Part shown: positions 25,442 to 36,873 of the stretch, one piece after another
How the letters are laid out: every line of letters starts with the position of its first letter
Position numbering within the stretch: position 1 is the stretch's first letter
Assembly: GCA_051880995.1 (NCBI GenBank)
Contig: JBJEPA010000279.1
Coordinates: 1 to 46,145, forward strand
Source: Ruminococcus sp.
Lineage (GTDB): Bacteria > Bacillota > Clostridia > Oscillospirales > Acutalibacteraceae
Length of the DNA stretch: 46,145 nt
Direction of reading: 5' to 3'
Notes under the pieces: model-generated
What the model saw: only the letters and a program-made list of their open reading frames with translations
Told to the model about the DNA's origin: nothing
The model's database searches: none
Program-made: the position numbers and the translations under genes

Positions 25442-27799
25442 ATGAGCATTATTGAAAATCTTGAATTAACCGCAAAAAACGACTACTGTAAAACTCTTAA
25501 AGAGCTTTCTCCTTCTGAGCTTCACCTTTGCCTTGGTAAAGCTATGATGGGCGAAATCGCTCCTGAGTGGGAAAAGTGCAAGAAGAAGCATGCTTCCAAG
25601 AGAAGAGCATACTACTTCTCCGCTGAATTCCTTATGGGTAGAATGATGTACAACAACCTTTACTGCATGGGTATTCTTGACACAACAAAGAAGCTCCTTA
25701 AGTCAAAGGGCGTTGACATCAACGTATTTGAAGATATTGACGACGCTGCTTTGGGTAACGGCGGTCTTGGCAGACTTGCAGCTTGCTTCCTTGATTCTGC
25801 AGCTACACAGGAAGTTCCTCTTGACGGTTATGGAATCCGCTACAAGTATGGTCTGTTCAAACAGCTTATCGAAGACGGTTATCAGGTAGAAGTTGCTGAC
25901 AACTGGCAGAGATTTGAAGACCCATGGTGTATTCGCCGTGAGGAAGACGCTGTTGAAGTTCACTTCCAGGGTCAGACAGTTAAGGCTGTTCCTTATGATA
26001 TGGCTGTTATCGGCTACGGCGGAAAGAGCATCAACACACTTCGTCTGTGGCAGGCAGAGGCTGTTGAAGAATTTGACTTCCTTGCTTTCAACGCTTCCCA
26101 TTACGACGAGGCTGTTAAGGCTAAGAACGACGCTGAGAACATTTCTCAGGTTCTCTATCCTAACGACAACACCCACGAGGGTAAGCTCCTCCGTCTTAAG
26201 CAGCAGTATTTCTTCTGCTCCGCATCTCTTCAGGACATCATCAAGAGATACAAGTCAAAGTACGGCAACGACTTCAGCAAGTTTGCTGACCACGCTGCAA
26301 TTCAGCTCAACGATACTCACCCTGTTATCTCTATCCCAGAGCTTATCAGACTTCTCGGTCTTGAGGGTGTAGGCTTTGACGAAGCACTTAAGATTGCACA
26401 GAAGACATTTGCTTATACTAACCACACAGTTTTAGGCGAAGCTCTTGAAAAGTGGAACAAGAACCTCATCAGAGAAATCCTCCCTGAGATTCTTACAATT
26501 ATCGAGAGAATCGCTATTCACGAATATAACGATTTACACTCCAAGGGTGTAAGCGACGCACAGTTTGCAAAGAAGATGGCTATCATCGACGGTGACCTTG
26601 TTCATATGGCAAGACTGGCTTGTTATGTAGGCTCATATGTTAACGGCGTTGCTTGGATTCATACAGAAATCCTCAAGGACGATGTTCTTAAGGAATGGTA
26701 TGAGCTTTATCCTGAGAGATTCCAGAACAAGACAAACGGTATCACACAGAGAAGATGGCTTGGTCTTTGTAACCCAGAGCTTGCTGACTTCATCACAGAG
26801 AGAGTTGGCGACGGTTGGATTAAGGACCTCTCCCTCCTCAAGGGTCTTGAAGAGAATCTTGACGCTAAGACAGTTCGTGCATTCAATACAATTAAGAAGA
26901 AGAAGAAAACTCAGCTTGCTAAGTACATCAAGGAAACAGAGGGTGTTGAAATCGACCCAACATTCATCTTTGATATTCAGGTTAAGAGACTTCACGAATA
27001 CAAGAGACAGCTTCTTAACGCTTTCTCCATCTTAATGATTTACAACAAGCTTAAGAAGGGTGAGCTAAAGGATTGGCATCCAACAGCCTTCATCTTCGGT
27101 GCAAAGGCAGCTCCCGGTTATGCAAGAGCAAAGGCTATCATCAAATACATCAACGAAATCGCTAAGCTTGTAAACAACGACCCTGATACAAAGGATAAGC
27201 TTATGGTTCACTTTGTTCAGAACTACAATGTTTCCTATGCAGAGAAGATTGTTGTTGCTGCTGATGTTTCCGAGCAGATTTCCACAGCAGGTACAGAGGC
27301 TTCCGGTACAGGTAATATGAAGTTCATGCTGAACGGTGCTGTAACCCTTGGTACTTACGACGGTGCTAATGTTGAAATTGCTCAGCAGGCAGGCATTGAA
27401 AACGAGTACATCTTCGGCGCAAGAGTTGAAGAGATTGACAAGCTCAAGGCTGAAAAGAGCTACAACCCAAGAGAAATCTACGACAACGACCCAGAAATCA
27501 AGGCTGTTCTCGACACACTTGTTGACGGAACATTCTCTGATGGCGGTGCAGTTGGCGAGGGTTCATTTGCAGAGCTTTACACAGGTATCCTCAACGGTAC
27601 AACATGGCACGACCCGGATCACTACTTCCTGCTCCTTGACCTTAAGGACTATGTTGACACAAAGATTCAGTGCAACAAGGACTATCAGGACAGAACAGCA
27701 TTCGGCAAGAAGTGCTTAATGAACATTGCAAACGCAGGTATGTTCTCATCAGACAGAACAATCCTCCAGTATGCAAAGGATCTCTGGCACGTAAAGTAA
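25442..27799 (+). CDS. glgP: Glycogen/maltodextrin phosphorylase
   Basis: LGNGGLGRLAACF, QLNDTHP, KRLHEYKRQ and EASGTGNMK motifs. Confidence 0.95.
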   Translation: MSIIENLELTAKNDYCKTLKELSPSELHLCLGKAMMGEIAPEWEKCKKKHASKRRAYYFSAEFLMGRMMYNNLYCMGILDTTKKLLKSKGVDINVFEDIDDAALGNGGLGRLAACFLDSAATQEVPLDGYGIRYKYGLFKQLIEDGYQVEVADNWQRFEDPWCIRREEDAVEVHFQGQTVKAVPYDMAVIGYGGKSINTLRLWQAEAVEEFDFLAFNASHYDEAVKAKNDAENISQVLYPNDNTHEGKLLRLKQQYFFCSASLQDIIKRYKSKYGNDFSKFADHAAIQLNDTHPVISIPELIRLLGLEGVGFDEALKIAQKTFAYTNHTVLGEALEKWNKNLIREILPEILTIIERIAIHEYNDLHSKGVSDAQFAKKMAIIDGDLVHMARLACYVGSYVNGVAWIHTEILKDDVLKEWYELYPERFQNKTNGITQRRWLGLCNPELADFITERVGDGWIKDLSLLKGLEENLDAKTVRAFNTIKKKKKTQLAKYIKETEGVEIDPTFIFDIQVKRLHEYKRQLLNAFSILMIYNKLKKGELKDWHPTAFIFGAKAAPGYARAKAIIKYINEIAKLVNNDPDTKDKLMVHFVQNYNVSYAEKIVVAADVSEQISTAGTEASGTGNMKFMLNGAVTLGTYDGANVEIAQQAGIENEYIFGARVEEIDKLKAEKSYNPREIYDNDPEIKAVLDTLVDGTFSDGGAVGEGSFAELYTGILNGTTWHDPDHYFLLLDLKDYVDTKIQCNKDYQDRTAFGKKCLMNIANAGMFSSDRTILQYAKDLWHVK

Positions 27800-27840
27800 T
27801 TTAAAATTAATAATTTAAGTTGTCAGTAGGACAACATACA

Positions 27841-27876
27841 ACAACCGGGCAATTTTATTGTCCGGTTGTGTTTTTC
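27841..27876 (+). terminator. Intrinsic terminator after the phosphorylase gene
   Basis: ACAACCGGGCAAT-ttt-ATTGTCCGGTTGT then GTTTTT. Confidence 0.85.
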
Positions 27877-28045
27877 TATAACTATATTGTTTACAAAATA
27901 ACTAAAACTACTGGCTTTAGTCCAGTAATATTGGCACTTGGGGCACTTGAACTTACAGAGTAAAAATGGTAAAATTATAATGTGGTATTTTAGGGTGTTG
28001 CAAAATATCTTTTACATCCAAATGATTTTGAAAGGAATGACTAAA

Positions 28046-29311
28046 ATGGGTATGACTATGACTCAGAAGATCCTTGCGGCACACGCAGGACTTCCTGAGG
28101 TTAAAACCGGACAGCTTATTGAGGCAAACCTGGACCTGGTACTTGGAAACGACGTTACCTGTCCTGTTGCTATAGATGTTTTTGAAGAAAACGGTGCTGA
28201 CTCCGTATTTGACAACACAAAGATTGCAATGATTATGGATCACTTCACCCCTAACAAGGACATCAAGGCTGCTGAGCAGGTGAAGATTTCTCGTCAGTTT
28301 GCTGACAAATATGACATTAAGAATTATCGTGATGTAGGTCAGATGGGCATTGAACACGCACTTCTGCCGGAAATCGGACTTGTAGGTCCCGGCTCTCTGT
28401 GCATAGGTGCCGACTCCCACACCTGTACATACGGTGCACTTGGTGCATTTTCCACAGGTGTCGGCTCAACAGATATGTGTGCCGGTATGATTTCCGGTAA
28501 GGCTTGGTTTAAGGTGCCATCAGCAATCAAGTTTGAGCTTGTGGGCAAGCCACAGGGTTATGTAAGCGGTAAGGATGTTATCCTCCACATCATCGGTATG
28601 ATTGGCGTTGACGGCGCTCTCTACAAATCAATGGAATTTTGCGGTGAGGGCATTAAGTACCTCAATATGGACGACAGACTTTGCATTGCTAATATGGCTA
28701 TTGAGGCAGGCGGCAAAAACGGCATTTTCCCTGTTGATGATATTACAAGGGAATACTGCAATGGCCGTTTCCAGGGTGAGCCTGTGGAATACACAGCTGA
28801 CGAGGACGCTCAGTATGACGAAACATATGTAATCGACCTTTCCACCCTCCGTCCAACAGTTGCTTTCCCACATCTTCCTGAAAACACAAGAACTGTTGAC
28901 GAAATCGGCGAAAAAGAGGTTAAGATTGACCAGTGCGTTATCGGCTCCTGTACAAACGGCAGACTTTCTGACCTTAGAGCAGCCGCAAAGGTGCTAAAGG
29001 GCAAAAAGATTGCAAAGGGTGTAAGATGTATTATCTTCCCAGGCACTCAGCAGATCTGGAAGGACGCTATGCACGAGGGTCTGTTTGACATATTCATCGA
29101 TGCCGGTGCTGTTGTTTCCACTCCTACCTGTGGACCTTGCCTTGGCGGTCATATGGGTATTCTGGCTGCAGGAGAAAAGGCAATTTCCACAACAAACAGA
29201 AACTTTGTTGGCAGAATGGGTCATATCGACAGCGAGGTTTACCTTGCATCCCCTGCAGTTGCTGCGGCATCTGCTGTCAAGGGTTACATCACCGACCCTG
29301 AAAAGCTTTGA
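28046..29311 (+). CDS. leuC: 3-isopropylmalate dehydratase large subunit
   Basis: [26 protein letters not shown] and STTNRNF motifs; start at MGMTMTQK after AAAGGA. Confidence 0.92.
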   Translation: MGMTMTQKILAAHAGLPEVKTGQLIEANLDLVLGNDVTCPVAIDVFEENGADSVFDNTKIAMIMDHFTPNKDIKAAEQVKISRQFADKYDIKNYRDVGQMGIEHALLPEIGLVGPGSLCIGADSHTCTYGALGAFSTGVGSTDMCAGMISGKAWFKVPSAIKFELVGKPQGYVSGKDVILHIIGMIGVDGALYKSMEFCGEGIKYLNMDDRLCIANMAIEAGGKNGIFPVDDITREYCNGRFQGEPVEYTADEDAQYDETYVIDLSTLRPTVAFPHLPENTRTVDEIGEKEVKIDQCVIGSCTNGRLSDLRAAAKVLKGKKIAKGVRCIIFPGTQQIWKDAMHEGLFDIFIDAGAVVSTPTCGPCLGGHMGILAAGEKAISTTNRNFVGRMGHIDSEVYLASPAVAAASAVKGYITDPEKL

Positions 29312-29326
29312 TAAGGAGGAAATAAT

Positions 29327-29812
29327 ATGAATGCACATGGCGTAGTACATAAATACGGAGATAATGTTGACACAGATGTTATCATTCCTGCAAGATACCT
29401 TAACACATCCTCACACAGCGAGCTTGCCGCCCACTGTATGGAGGACATCGACAAGGACTTTGTAAAGAATGTAAAGAAAGGCGACATCATTGTTGCCGAA
29501 AAGAACTTTGGTTGCGGTTCATCCCGTGAGCATGCACCAATCGCAATTAAGGCATCAGGTGTAAGCTGTGTTATCGCCTCAACCTTTGCAAGAATTTTTT
29601 ACAGAAATGCTATTAATATCGGTTTGCCGATTCTTGAATGTGACGAGGCAGCTAAGCAAATTAAGTCCGGCGACACAGTTTCCGTAAACTTTGACACAGG
29701 TGTTATCACAGACGAAACAACAGGCAAAACCTATCAGGCAGAGCCATTCCCTGAGTTTATCCAGAACATAATTTCAAAGGGCGGATTAATCAATTCAATA
29801 CTTGATAAATAG
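29327..29812 (+). CDS. leuD: 3-isopropylmalate dehydratase small subunit
   Basis: [11 protein letters not shown] and [11 protein letters not shown] motifs. Confidence 0.93.
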   Translation: MNAHGVVHKYGDNVDTDVIIPARYLNTSSHSELAAHCMEDIDKDFVKNVKKGDIIVAEKNFGCGSSREHAPIAIKASGVSCVIASTFARIFYRNAINIGLPILECDEAAKQIKSGDTVSVNFDTGVITDETTGKTYQAEPFPEFIQNIISKGGLINSILDK

Positions 29813-29840
29813 ATTTTTCAATTTTTGGGGAGGAAGAGCT

Positions 29841-31052
29841 ATGAAAAGAATAACAAGTCTTATTATCATTGCGACAGTTGTGCTTTCTTCTTTGGTCTTT
29901 ACAACAGGTTGTACAAAGAAGCAGGAGGTTGACCTTTCTAAGTACCTATCTTACGAGGGTTTCAGTGGTTTTGCCACTTTAGAGGAACAGCCTAAGCTTG
30001 AGGATTACGAAACAAAGTATGACGACCTTAAGGAAAAAAGAAAAGAAGCAAGACTTGATGAGGACGACAACAAATACGATGAGTACACCGAAGAAATTAA
30101 ATCCTTAAGAAATCTTAACAAGGCACTTGAATGTGTTGAACTCAAACTTGTTAAGGGCGAAAACGGAAATCTTTCAAATGGTGATACCATTAAGGTTAAG
30201 GCAAAATATAACGAGGAAAAGCTGGATAAGTACGATGTTACATTTGTTGCTGACGAATTTGAAACAAAGGTAAAGGGGCTGGAAGAAAAGGAAGTTGTTG
30301 ACCCATTTGACAGTTCTAATTTATCAATCACCTACCATGGTCTTGACGGAGAAGGAACAATTAGTCTTGAACGCCAGGATGACAGCGAATATACAATCTA
30401 CTACACAGCAGAACCAAACTATGACCTTAAAAACGGTGACAAGATAACTATTACCGCTTCACTTTACGATGAGGACTATATTCTCAAAGACAGCGAAAAC
30501 GGCGAATCTGCAACAAAGGAAATCACAGTTGAGGGGCTGGGCGAAATTCCTGAAAAGCTTAGCAGCTCCGTTGACAGCACCGTTCCAACAAAGGCTATTC
30601 TTGATGAACTCAAGGAGGATTATGAGGCAGAGGTTGGAGATGACGACGAGGGTTACTCCTTTGGTATTAAGGATGAAAACTATGTATATTCCGATTTGAA
30701 AATCAATAAGGTTACTGACTTTAAGCTTGAAAAAACTCTATACGGATATACAGATGACAATTACGGAAAGAAATCTTGTAATTACGCTCAGATTTACTCC
30801 CGTACATTTACCGTTAAGATGGTTGACCCAAGCTATAGTTCAAAGGTTAAAAAGGGTGCTGTAAAGAAAGTCACGGCCTATTACCTTGGATACATTTCCG
30901 GAGGATACTTGATGGTTTCTGACAACAAGTTGGTACAGGTTTACGACTATGATATGTATTGCAGTACCTCTGTACATAAGACAGTATCAGACGCCCAAAA
31001 GTATTTTAAGGATTCATACAAATCCAATTACACTATTACAGAAGTAAAGTAA
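29841..31052 (+). CDS. Acidic lipoprotein of unknown function with an internal domain duplication
   Basis: RBS GGAGG; signal peptide MKRITS...FTTG-C; repeated segments NLSNGDTIKV...KVKGL and DLKNGDKITI...TVEGL. Confidence 0.75.
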   Translation: MKRITSLIIIATVVLSSLVFTTGCTKKQEVDLSKYLSYEGFSGFATLEEQPKLEDYETKYDDLKEKRKEARLDEDDNKYDEYTEEIKSLRNLNKALECVELKLVKGENGNLSNGDTIKVKAKYNEEKLDKYDVTFVADEFETKVKGLEEKEVVDPFDSSNLSITYHGLDGEGTISLERQDDSEYTIYYTAEPNYDLKNGDKITITASLYDEDYILKDSENGESATKEITVEGLGEIPEKLSSSVDSTVPTKAILDELKEDYEAEVGDDDEGYSFGIKDENYVYSDLKINKVTDFKLEKTLYGYTDDNYGKKSCNYAQIYSRTFTVKMVDPSYSSKVKKGAVKKVTAYYLGYISGGYLMVSDNKLVQVYDYDMYCSTSVHKTVSDAQKYFKDSYKSNYTITEVK

Positions 31053-31065
31053 TCATTACAAAATT

Positions 31066-31092
31066 AAAGCTCCCCAAACGGGGAGCTTTTTT
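31066..31092. terminator. Bidirectional terminator
   Basis: AAAGCTCCCC-aaac-GGGGAGCTTT then TTT, between convergent genes. Confidence 0.85.
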
Positions 31093-31101
31093 CATATTGT
31101 G

Positions 31102-31608
31102 TTACTTAACCAGACTTTCAATCTGCTCTGCTGTTGTTTTGTCAGCATATCCGTTGATAAATGTGTTAAGTGAGCTTGCAAATTCATCGCTGTAAAGGTA
31201 AACCTTGTCGTCAATGAGGTAAACATAAAAGATATTGTTGTCAGCACCCTTGTTTATCAACTCAAAGCAGTAAACCTTGTCTGCCTTAGATGTATCTTCT
31301 TTGTCCTTTTTGTTGTTGCTGATAACACTGTCGCTATGAAGCATATCGTTTATAATCTGAATTTTATCACTTTCGTTCCACTTAACTGTTGCAATTTTTG
31401 CTCCTTTTGCGTCACCTGTTCCGTCATAAATATACGCCGCAGGGTTTGATGAAGCAGTCGATGTATTTTCAACAACGGAGGTTGATGATGGTTGAGTCAC
31501 CACAACAGTTCCATTATTTGTTGTTTCACTACTGCCGTCTGAACTTTCACATCCCACAAGACAAGCTAAGAGGATTAAGGCTATAATAATTGGTAATATT
31601 CTTTTCAT
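31102..31608 (-). CDS. Lipoprotein of unknown function
   Basis: Signal peptide ending in an LVG-C lipobox, followed by a Ser/Thr-rich linker. Confidence 0.75.
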   Translation of the reverse strand: MKRILPIIIALILLACLVGCESSDGSSETTNNGTVVVTQPSSTSVVENTSTASSNPAAYIYDGTGDAKGAKIATVKWNESDKIQIINDMLHSDSVISNNKKDKEDTSKADKVYCFELINKGADNNIFYVYLIDDKVYLYSDEFASSLNTFINGYADKTTAEQIESLVK

Positions 31609-31752
31609 TTTTCATCTTCCTTTTTATAATTCTAATTCTTTTGAATTATTATATCATAAAAATGTGAGTGGTAGTTGAATATTAAGGAAATTTTTTTACT
31701 TGATTTTTATTATAATCATAACTGCCCTCGGTCTTTCCAAACTACCCCACTA

Positions 31753-31868
31753 TGTCATTCCGAGCTTGTCGAGGAATCCCCTGCCTTTACCACTTACCTA
31801 TTAGTATCGTTGTAGGCACACTGCTTTCCTTTTAGATTCCTCGGTCGCTACTCTCCCTCGGAATGACA
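31753..31868. repeat. REP/dRS3-like bipartite palindromic element
   Basis: TGTCATTCCGAG...CGAGGAATC and the inverted GATTCCTCG...CTCGGAATGACA; an extra GAATGACAGG at 31881. Confidence 0.7.
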
Positions 31869-31908
31869 GGAGGGAGGGCAGAATGACAGGGCGGGTTACC
31901 CTAATGAT

Positions 31909-31934
31909 AAAAGGGAGTGCTTGACTCCCTTTTT
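31909..31934 (-). terminator. Terminator of the rimP-truB operon
   Basis: AAAAGGGAGT-gcttg-ACTCCCTTTT. Confidence 0.75.
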
Positions 31935-31948
31935 AGCTCTATCATATT

Positions 31949-32845
31949 TTACTGATTTACCGCAAACAGCTTATAAATTTTCAGCTCTTCGCCCTTAATA
32001 ATACCAAGACCTAAAAATTTGTTTTGGTCGTCCTTAACTCTAAGGATTGCACCCTCATTGGGATTTAGCTTTGCAAGATATGTTCTGTTCTTGTCAAGTG
32101 CCCCACCGTTTTGAAAACGCTTTGCCTGGGGGGAAGTCACCTTAACATAACCGTAGGTCATAAACAGACTTTCGGTATCCTTGATGTAATCCTGAAAGTC
32201 GGTCATTTCTCTTGCTTTTTCCAGGGGAATAGCATCATCAATAGAATATCCGCAAGCATTTGTCCTCACAAGTGAAGTCATAACACCAAAGGTGCCAAGG
32301 GCATTGCCTATGTCATCAATCAGCGTTCTCACATATGTTCCCTTACTGCACTTTATTTTAAGAGTACCGCTTTGGCTTTCTTCGTCAAAATCCGTAAGGC
32401 TAAGGTGATAAATAGTAACAGGACGAGTTTTTCTCTCAACTTCCTTGCCGTCACGGGCAAGGTCGTAAAGCCTTTTTCCGTCAACCTTAACTGCGGAAAA
32501 CATTGGAGGTAACTGCTGTATCTCACCTGTAAACTTTGGGAGAATGTTTAAAATATCCTCTTTTGTAAACGAGGTTTTTTCTTTCTTTATAACCTCTCCC
32601 CAAATATCCAAGGTGTCTGTTTTTACGCCAAGCCTGAAAGTTGCAACATACTCTTTGTCGTGGTTTACCACCAAATCCTGTGCCTTTGTTGCGTTGCCCA
32701 AAACAAGGGGCAAAACCCCTGTGGCGTTTGGGTCAAGGGTACCGAGATGACCGATTTTCCTCTCACCTGTCACCCGTCGCATAATGGCAACCACATCAAA
32801 GGAGGTGAAGTCCATAGGCTTGTTAATTACTAAAACACCGTTCAT
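31949..32845 (-). CDS. truB: tRNA pseudouridine-55 synthase
   Basis: GHLGTLDPNATGVL, PPMFSAVK and CSKGTYVR motifs; start at MNGVLVINK. Confidence 0.95.
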   Translation of the reverse strand: MNGVLVINKPMDFTSFDVVAIMRRVTGERKIGHLGTLDPNATGVLPLVLGNATKAQDLVVNHDKEYVATFRLGVKTDTLDIWGEVIKKEKTSFTKEDILNILPKFTGEIQQLPPMFSAVKVDGKRLYDLARDGKEVERKTRPVTIYHLSLTDFDEESQSGTLKIKCSKGTYVRTLIDDIGNALGTFGVMTSLVRTNACGYSIDDAIPLEKAREMTDFQDYIKDTESLFMTYGYVKVTSPQAKRFQNGGALDKNRTYLAKLNPNEGAILRVKDDQNKFLGLGIIKGEELKIYKLFAVNQ

Positions 32846-33786
32846 ATTAGTATCTCTTTTGCGGCGGCAATCAGGGTTTGCTTTACTGTGATAAGATCGC
32901 CCTGAATAGAACAGCCCGAAGCCGCCTTGTGACCGCCGCCGCCAAATTTCTTGCAAAATTCACAGGCGTCTGTGTCACCATTTGTCCTGACGGAGATTTT
33001 AAAATCTCTGTTCTTCTTTTCTCTAATGGTGATTCCCATTTTTACACCCTCAATCTGACGAGGAATAGAGGCAAGACCCTCCATTTCGTCGTCACCAAGG
33101 TTAAGCTTATCCTGCATAGCAATAGTTGTGTAAATAATTGCAAGTTTACCGTCGCAGTAAAAGTCAAGGGTATCGTAAACCATTCTTTCAAGGGCAATTT
33201 TTTCCTTGGTTTTTGTTTCAAACATTTTGCGGTTTATCTCCCCAAAATCTGCCCCAAGGTCAATTAATTCACCTGCAATTTTGTGGGTTTTTGATGTGGT
33301 GTTGGTGTACATAAAGCACCCTGTGTCTGTGCTTACACCGGTGTAAAGGCAGTTTGCAATTTGGGGTGTAATCTTTTCACCCATTACATTTATCAAATCA
33401 AAGATAATCTCTGCTGTTGCGGCGGCTGTGTCGTCAATATAGCTGTCATTAACATCCAAGGTGTTACTTCCGTGGTGGTCAATGCACAAGTCTATTTTGT
33501 CGCTGTAAAGCTCCTCATTCTCCCCCAAAAGGGACTTTGCCGCTACATCCACCGACATTATAAACTTTGGTTCAAAGGAACATTCCTTAACACCGTCAAG
33601 GAGGTAAGAAAACTTCCTTGCGCAGGAACCGCTAAGTACAACCCTTGCATTCTTGCCCATATTTTGCAAAGCTATGCAAAGTCCGTAGGCAGAGCCAAGG
33701 GTATCTCCGTCGGGATAGTGATGGGTGAGAATTTCAATATTGTCCTGTGACTTTAAAGCCTTTGCAACATCACTCAGCGTCATCAT
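32842..33786 (-). CDS. nrnA: DHH-family nanoRNase / pAp phosphatase
   Basis: HHYPDGD, IDHH, TDTG and GGGGHKAASG motifs; located between rbfA and truB. Confidence 0.9.
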   Translation of the reverse strand: MMTLSDVAKALKSQDNIEILTHHYPDGDTLGSAYGLCIALQNMGKNARVVLSGSCARKFSYLLDGVKECSFEPKFIMSVDVAAKSLLGENEELYSDKIDLCIDHHGSNTLDVNDSYIDDTAAATAEIIFDLINVMGEKITPQIANCLYTGVSTDTGCFMYTNTTSKTHKIAGELIDLGADFGEINRKMFETKTKEKIALERMVYDTLDFYCDGKLAIIYTTIAMQDKLNLGDDEMEGLASIPRQIEGVKMGITIREKKNRDFKISVRTNGDTDACEFCKKFGGGGHKAASGCSIQGDLITVKQTLIAAAKEILI

Positions 33787-34144
33787 CACTATCATCCCTT
33801 TTAATATCAAGCTCATTTAAAATACGGCTTATGTTGGCACTGTACTCCACGCTGTCCGTTGCCTTGAAAATAAGCTCCGGTGTGTGACGCAGGTGCAGTC
33901 TGTGGCCAAGCTCACGGCGAATAAAGCCGGATGCCGATTTTAGCCCCTTTAGTGCCTCTTTTGCCCTTTCCATACCCTCTATTACACTGAAATATACTGT
34001 GCAGTAGCTAAGGTCGTTAGTAACCTCAACACGGATAATGGAAATAAAGCAGTCGGCAACACGGGGGTCTTTAACCATTTTAAAAATGGCGGTCAGCTCT
34101 CTCTTGATATCTTCTGTTGTTCTGTCAATTCTGTGTCCTGACAT
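33770..34144 (-). CDS. rbfA: Ribosome-binding factor A
   Basis: VKDPR, ASGFIR and LRHTPEL motifs. Confidence 0.95.
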   Translation of the reverse strand: MSGHRIDRTTEDIKRELTAIFKMVKDPRVADCFISIIRVEVTNDLSYCTVYFSVIEGMERAKEALKGLKSASGFIRRELGHRLHLRHTPELIFKATDSVEYSANISRILNELDIKRDDSDDDAE

Positions 34145-34223
34145 AATAACTTCCTCTATATAATAAACAAGTTGTGAGTTAGGGTTTATAAAATCGCCCT
34201 AACTCATAAATACTTAAACAATA

Positions 34224-36548
34224 TTAGTCTTCTCTGTACTCCTGAATTTCATACCCTTCGAAAATATCTCCCTCACGAAGGTCGTTAAATCTTTCAAGGC
34301 AGATACCACATTCGTAGTTTTCGTGTACTTCCTTAACAGCATCTTTAAATCTCTGGAGTGATGCGATAGTATCGTCGGCAATAACAACACCGTCACGGAT
34401 TACACGAACCTGTGCATTTCTCTTGATAACACCGTTCTTGACATAAGAACCTGCAACAACACCAACACTCTTAATACGAATGATGTTACGGATTTCGGCA
34501 TTACCGATTACAACCTCTCTTGTCTTAGGAGCAAGCATACCCTTCATAGCGGCTTCAATCTCCTCAATACAGTTGTAGATAATACTGTAAAGACGAATGT
34601 CAACAGATTCCCTTTCGGCGTTTGCAAGGGCTGTTGCGTCGGGACGAACATTAAATCCTACAATGATAGCGTTACTTGCGTTTGCCAGCATAACGTCACT
34701 TTCGTTGATAGCACCAACACCGCCGTGGATAACATTAACCCTTACCTCGTCGTTAGTCAGCTTTTCAAGGGACTGGCGAACAGCCTCAACAGAGCCCTGA
34801 ACATCAGCCTTAACAATAATCTGAAGTTCCTGCATTTCGCCCTGCTTCATCTGGTCAAACAGGTTGTCAAGAGTAACCTTTGTTCTGGAGTTAAACAGTT
34901 CTTCCTTTTGCTTTGTCTTTCTCTGCTCAACAAGCTCTCTTGCTAGTCTTTCGTTGGTAACTGCGTTGAAAATATCTCCGCCCTGTGGAACCTCGGCAAG
35001 ACCTGTGATTTCAACAGGAACAGACGGGCCAGCCTCTTTAACGGACATACCCTTGTCGTTTGTCATTGCACGAACTCTACCCACAGCTGTACCGGCAACA
35101 ACAATGTCACCCTTGTGAAGAGTACCGTTCTGAACAAGAACAGTCGCAACAGGACCTCTGCCCTTATCAAGACGAGCCTCAATTACACAACCCTTTGCCT
35201 GACGGTCAGGGTTAGCTTTAAGCTCTTTCATATCTGCAATCAAAAGCACCATTTCAAGAAGGTCTGTGATTCCCTCCTTAGTCTTGGCTGAAACAGGGAT
35301 ACAAGGTGTATCTCCGCCCCATTCCTCAGGAACAAGCTCATACTCTGTAAGCTGCTGCTTAACAGCCTCCGGATTAGCACCCGGCTTATCCATCTTGTTA
35401 ATTGCAACAACTACGGAAACTCCCGCAGCCTTTGCGTGGTTGATAGCCTCAACAGTCTGTGGCATAATACCGTCGTCAGCGGCAACAACAAGGATAGCAA
35501 TATCTGTTGCCTGTGCACCACGGGCACGCATTGTTGTAAATGCTTCGTGACCGGGTGTGTCAAGGAATGTTATGTCCTGTCCGTTAACCTGTACTCTGTA
35601 AGCACCAATGTGCTGTGTGATACCGCCGGCTTCGGATGCTGTAACATTTGCGTGGCGGATAACATCAAGGATAGAAGTTTTACCGTGGTCAACATGACCC
35701 ATAACAACTACAACAGGTGCTCTGCTAACCAAGTTCTCATCATTATCTTCTGTGTCGTCAATAATCTGTTCTTCGATAGTGACAACAACTTCTTTTTCAA
35801 CCTTTGCGTGGAATTCCATTGCAATGAGGGAGGCTGTGTCAAAATCGATAGTGTCAGTAGCTGTAACCATAGTACCCATCATAAACGCCTTTTTAACAAC
35901 CTCGGCAACAGTAGCCTTTAGTCTGGACGCAAGCTCCTGAACAACTATTTCGTCCGGAATCTGAACAGTAATCGGCTTTGCCTTTCTCTCTGCTGCAATT
36001 CTCTTAAGACGCTCCTGCTCTGTTTCCCTTCTGCCTTGGCGTTTCTTCCTTTGCTGTGAACGTTGGTTAATCTTCTGCTTTTTAACCTGGCTTCTGTTTC
36101 TGTCGCTTCTGTTCATTCCGGAGTCAGCCATATTGTCGTACTTTTCGTTGTATTTATCAACATTAACAACAACAGCTGATGTATCTATAACACGGCTCTC
36201 CTTCTTCTTTGGAGCCTCCTGCTTCTTTTCAGGTACAGGAGCCTTGCCCTGCTTCTGAGCCTGCTGAGCCTTTTGCTTTTTAAGCTCTTCTTTTCTCTTT
36301 TTCTTTTCTTCCTCTTTCTTTGCTTCGGCTGCTTCTATGCCAGCATTTCTCTTGGCAAAGTAGCTGTCAAGGTTTTCAAGCTTTGCCTCCTGTGTGAAAA
36401 AGTCAAATACCACATCAAGCTGGTTTTCATCAAGGGCTGTTGTTGTCTTTGCCTGAACACCGCAATACTTGTCAAGCACCTCTACTATCTTTTTTCCGCT
36501 AACGCCCAAATCCTTGGCAACCTCGTTAACCTTATATTTAATCATCAT
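34224..36548 (-). CDS. infB: Translation initiation factor IF-2
   Basis: [27 protein letters not shown] and NKMD motifs. Confidence 0.97.
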   Translation of the reverse strand: MMIKYKVNEVAKDLGVSGKKIVEVLDKYCGVQAKTTTALDENQLDVVFDFFTQEAKLENLDSYFAKRNAGIEAAEAKKEEEKKKRKEELKKQKAQQAQKQGKAPVPEKKQEAPKKKESRVIDTSAVVVNVDKYNEKYDNMADSGMNRSDRNRSQVKKQKINQRSQQRKKRQGRRETEQERLKRIAAERKAKPITVQIPDEIVVQELASRLKATVAEVVKKAFMMGTMVTATDTIDFDTASLIAMEFHAKVEKEVVVTIEEQIIDDTEDNDENLVSRAPVVVVMGHVDHGKTSILDVIRHANVTASEAGGITQHIGAYRVQVNGQDITFLDTPGHEAFTTMRARGAQATDIAILVVAADDGIMPQTVEAINHAKAAGVSVVVAINKMDKPGANPEAVKQQLTEYELVPEEWGGDTPCIPVSAKTKEGITDLLEMVLLIADMKELKANPDRQAKGCVIEARLDKGRGPVATVLVQNGTLHKGDIVVAGTAVGRVRAMTNDKGMSVKEAGPSVPVEITGLAEVPQGGDIFNAVTNERLARELVEQRKTKQKEELFNSRTKVTLDNLFDQMKQGEMQELQIIVKADVQGSVEAVRQSLEKLTNDEVRVNVIHGGVGAINESDVMLANASNAIIVGFNVRPDATALANAERESVDIRLYSIIYNCIEEIEAAMKGMLAPKTREVVIGNAEIRNIIRIKSVGVVAGSYVKNGVIKRNAQVRVIRDGVVIADDTIASLQRFKDAVKEVHENYECGICLERFNDLREGDIFEGYEIQEYRED

Positions 36549-36552
36549 AGTG

Positions 36553-36873
36553 TCATTCCTCCTGTTCTTGTTCTTTCAGGATAAGCTCCTGAATTTTATC
36601 AGAAAAACCTTTGTCCGTTATGCTTACAACTGCACAATACTTTCCAAGGGCAAAACCAAGCTCTTCTTTTGTCCTCGCAATCACTTCCGCCTTAATATTG
36701 CTATCATTGCAAGCGCTTACAATGCTTTTTTTGCTGTTTTTAGAAAAGTCCTTTGCCATTAGCACAAGGTGAGATTTTCCTTTAAGCACAGAATCTATTA
36801 CAGGGTCTGCACCAATTACAATTTTTCCTGCTCGTCTGCATAATCCCAAAAGGGAAAGGAGTCTGTCATTCAT
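36553..36873 (-). CDS. L7Ae/L30e-family RNA-binding protein (YlxQ-like)
   Basis: [17 protein letters not shown] and ITDKGF motifs; operon position. Confidence 0.88.
   Translation of the reverse strand: MNDRLLSLLGLCRRAGKIVIGADPVIDSVLKGKSHLVLMAKDFSKNSKKSIVSACNDSNIKAEVIARTKEELGFALGKYCAVVSITDKGFSDKIQELILKEQEQEE

Noticed and set aside
34175-34206. Hairpin TGAGTTAGGG/CCCTAACTCA between infB and rbfA
   Set aside because: No adjacent T run; at most a pause or stability hairpin in an ordinary operon.
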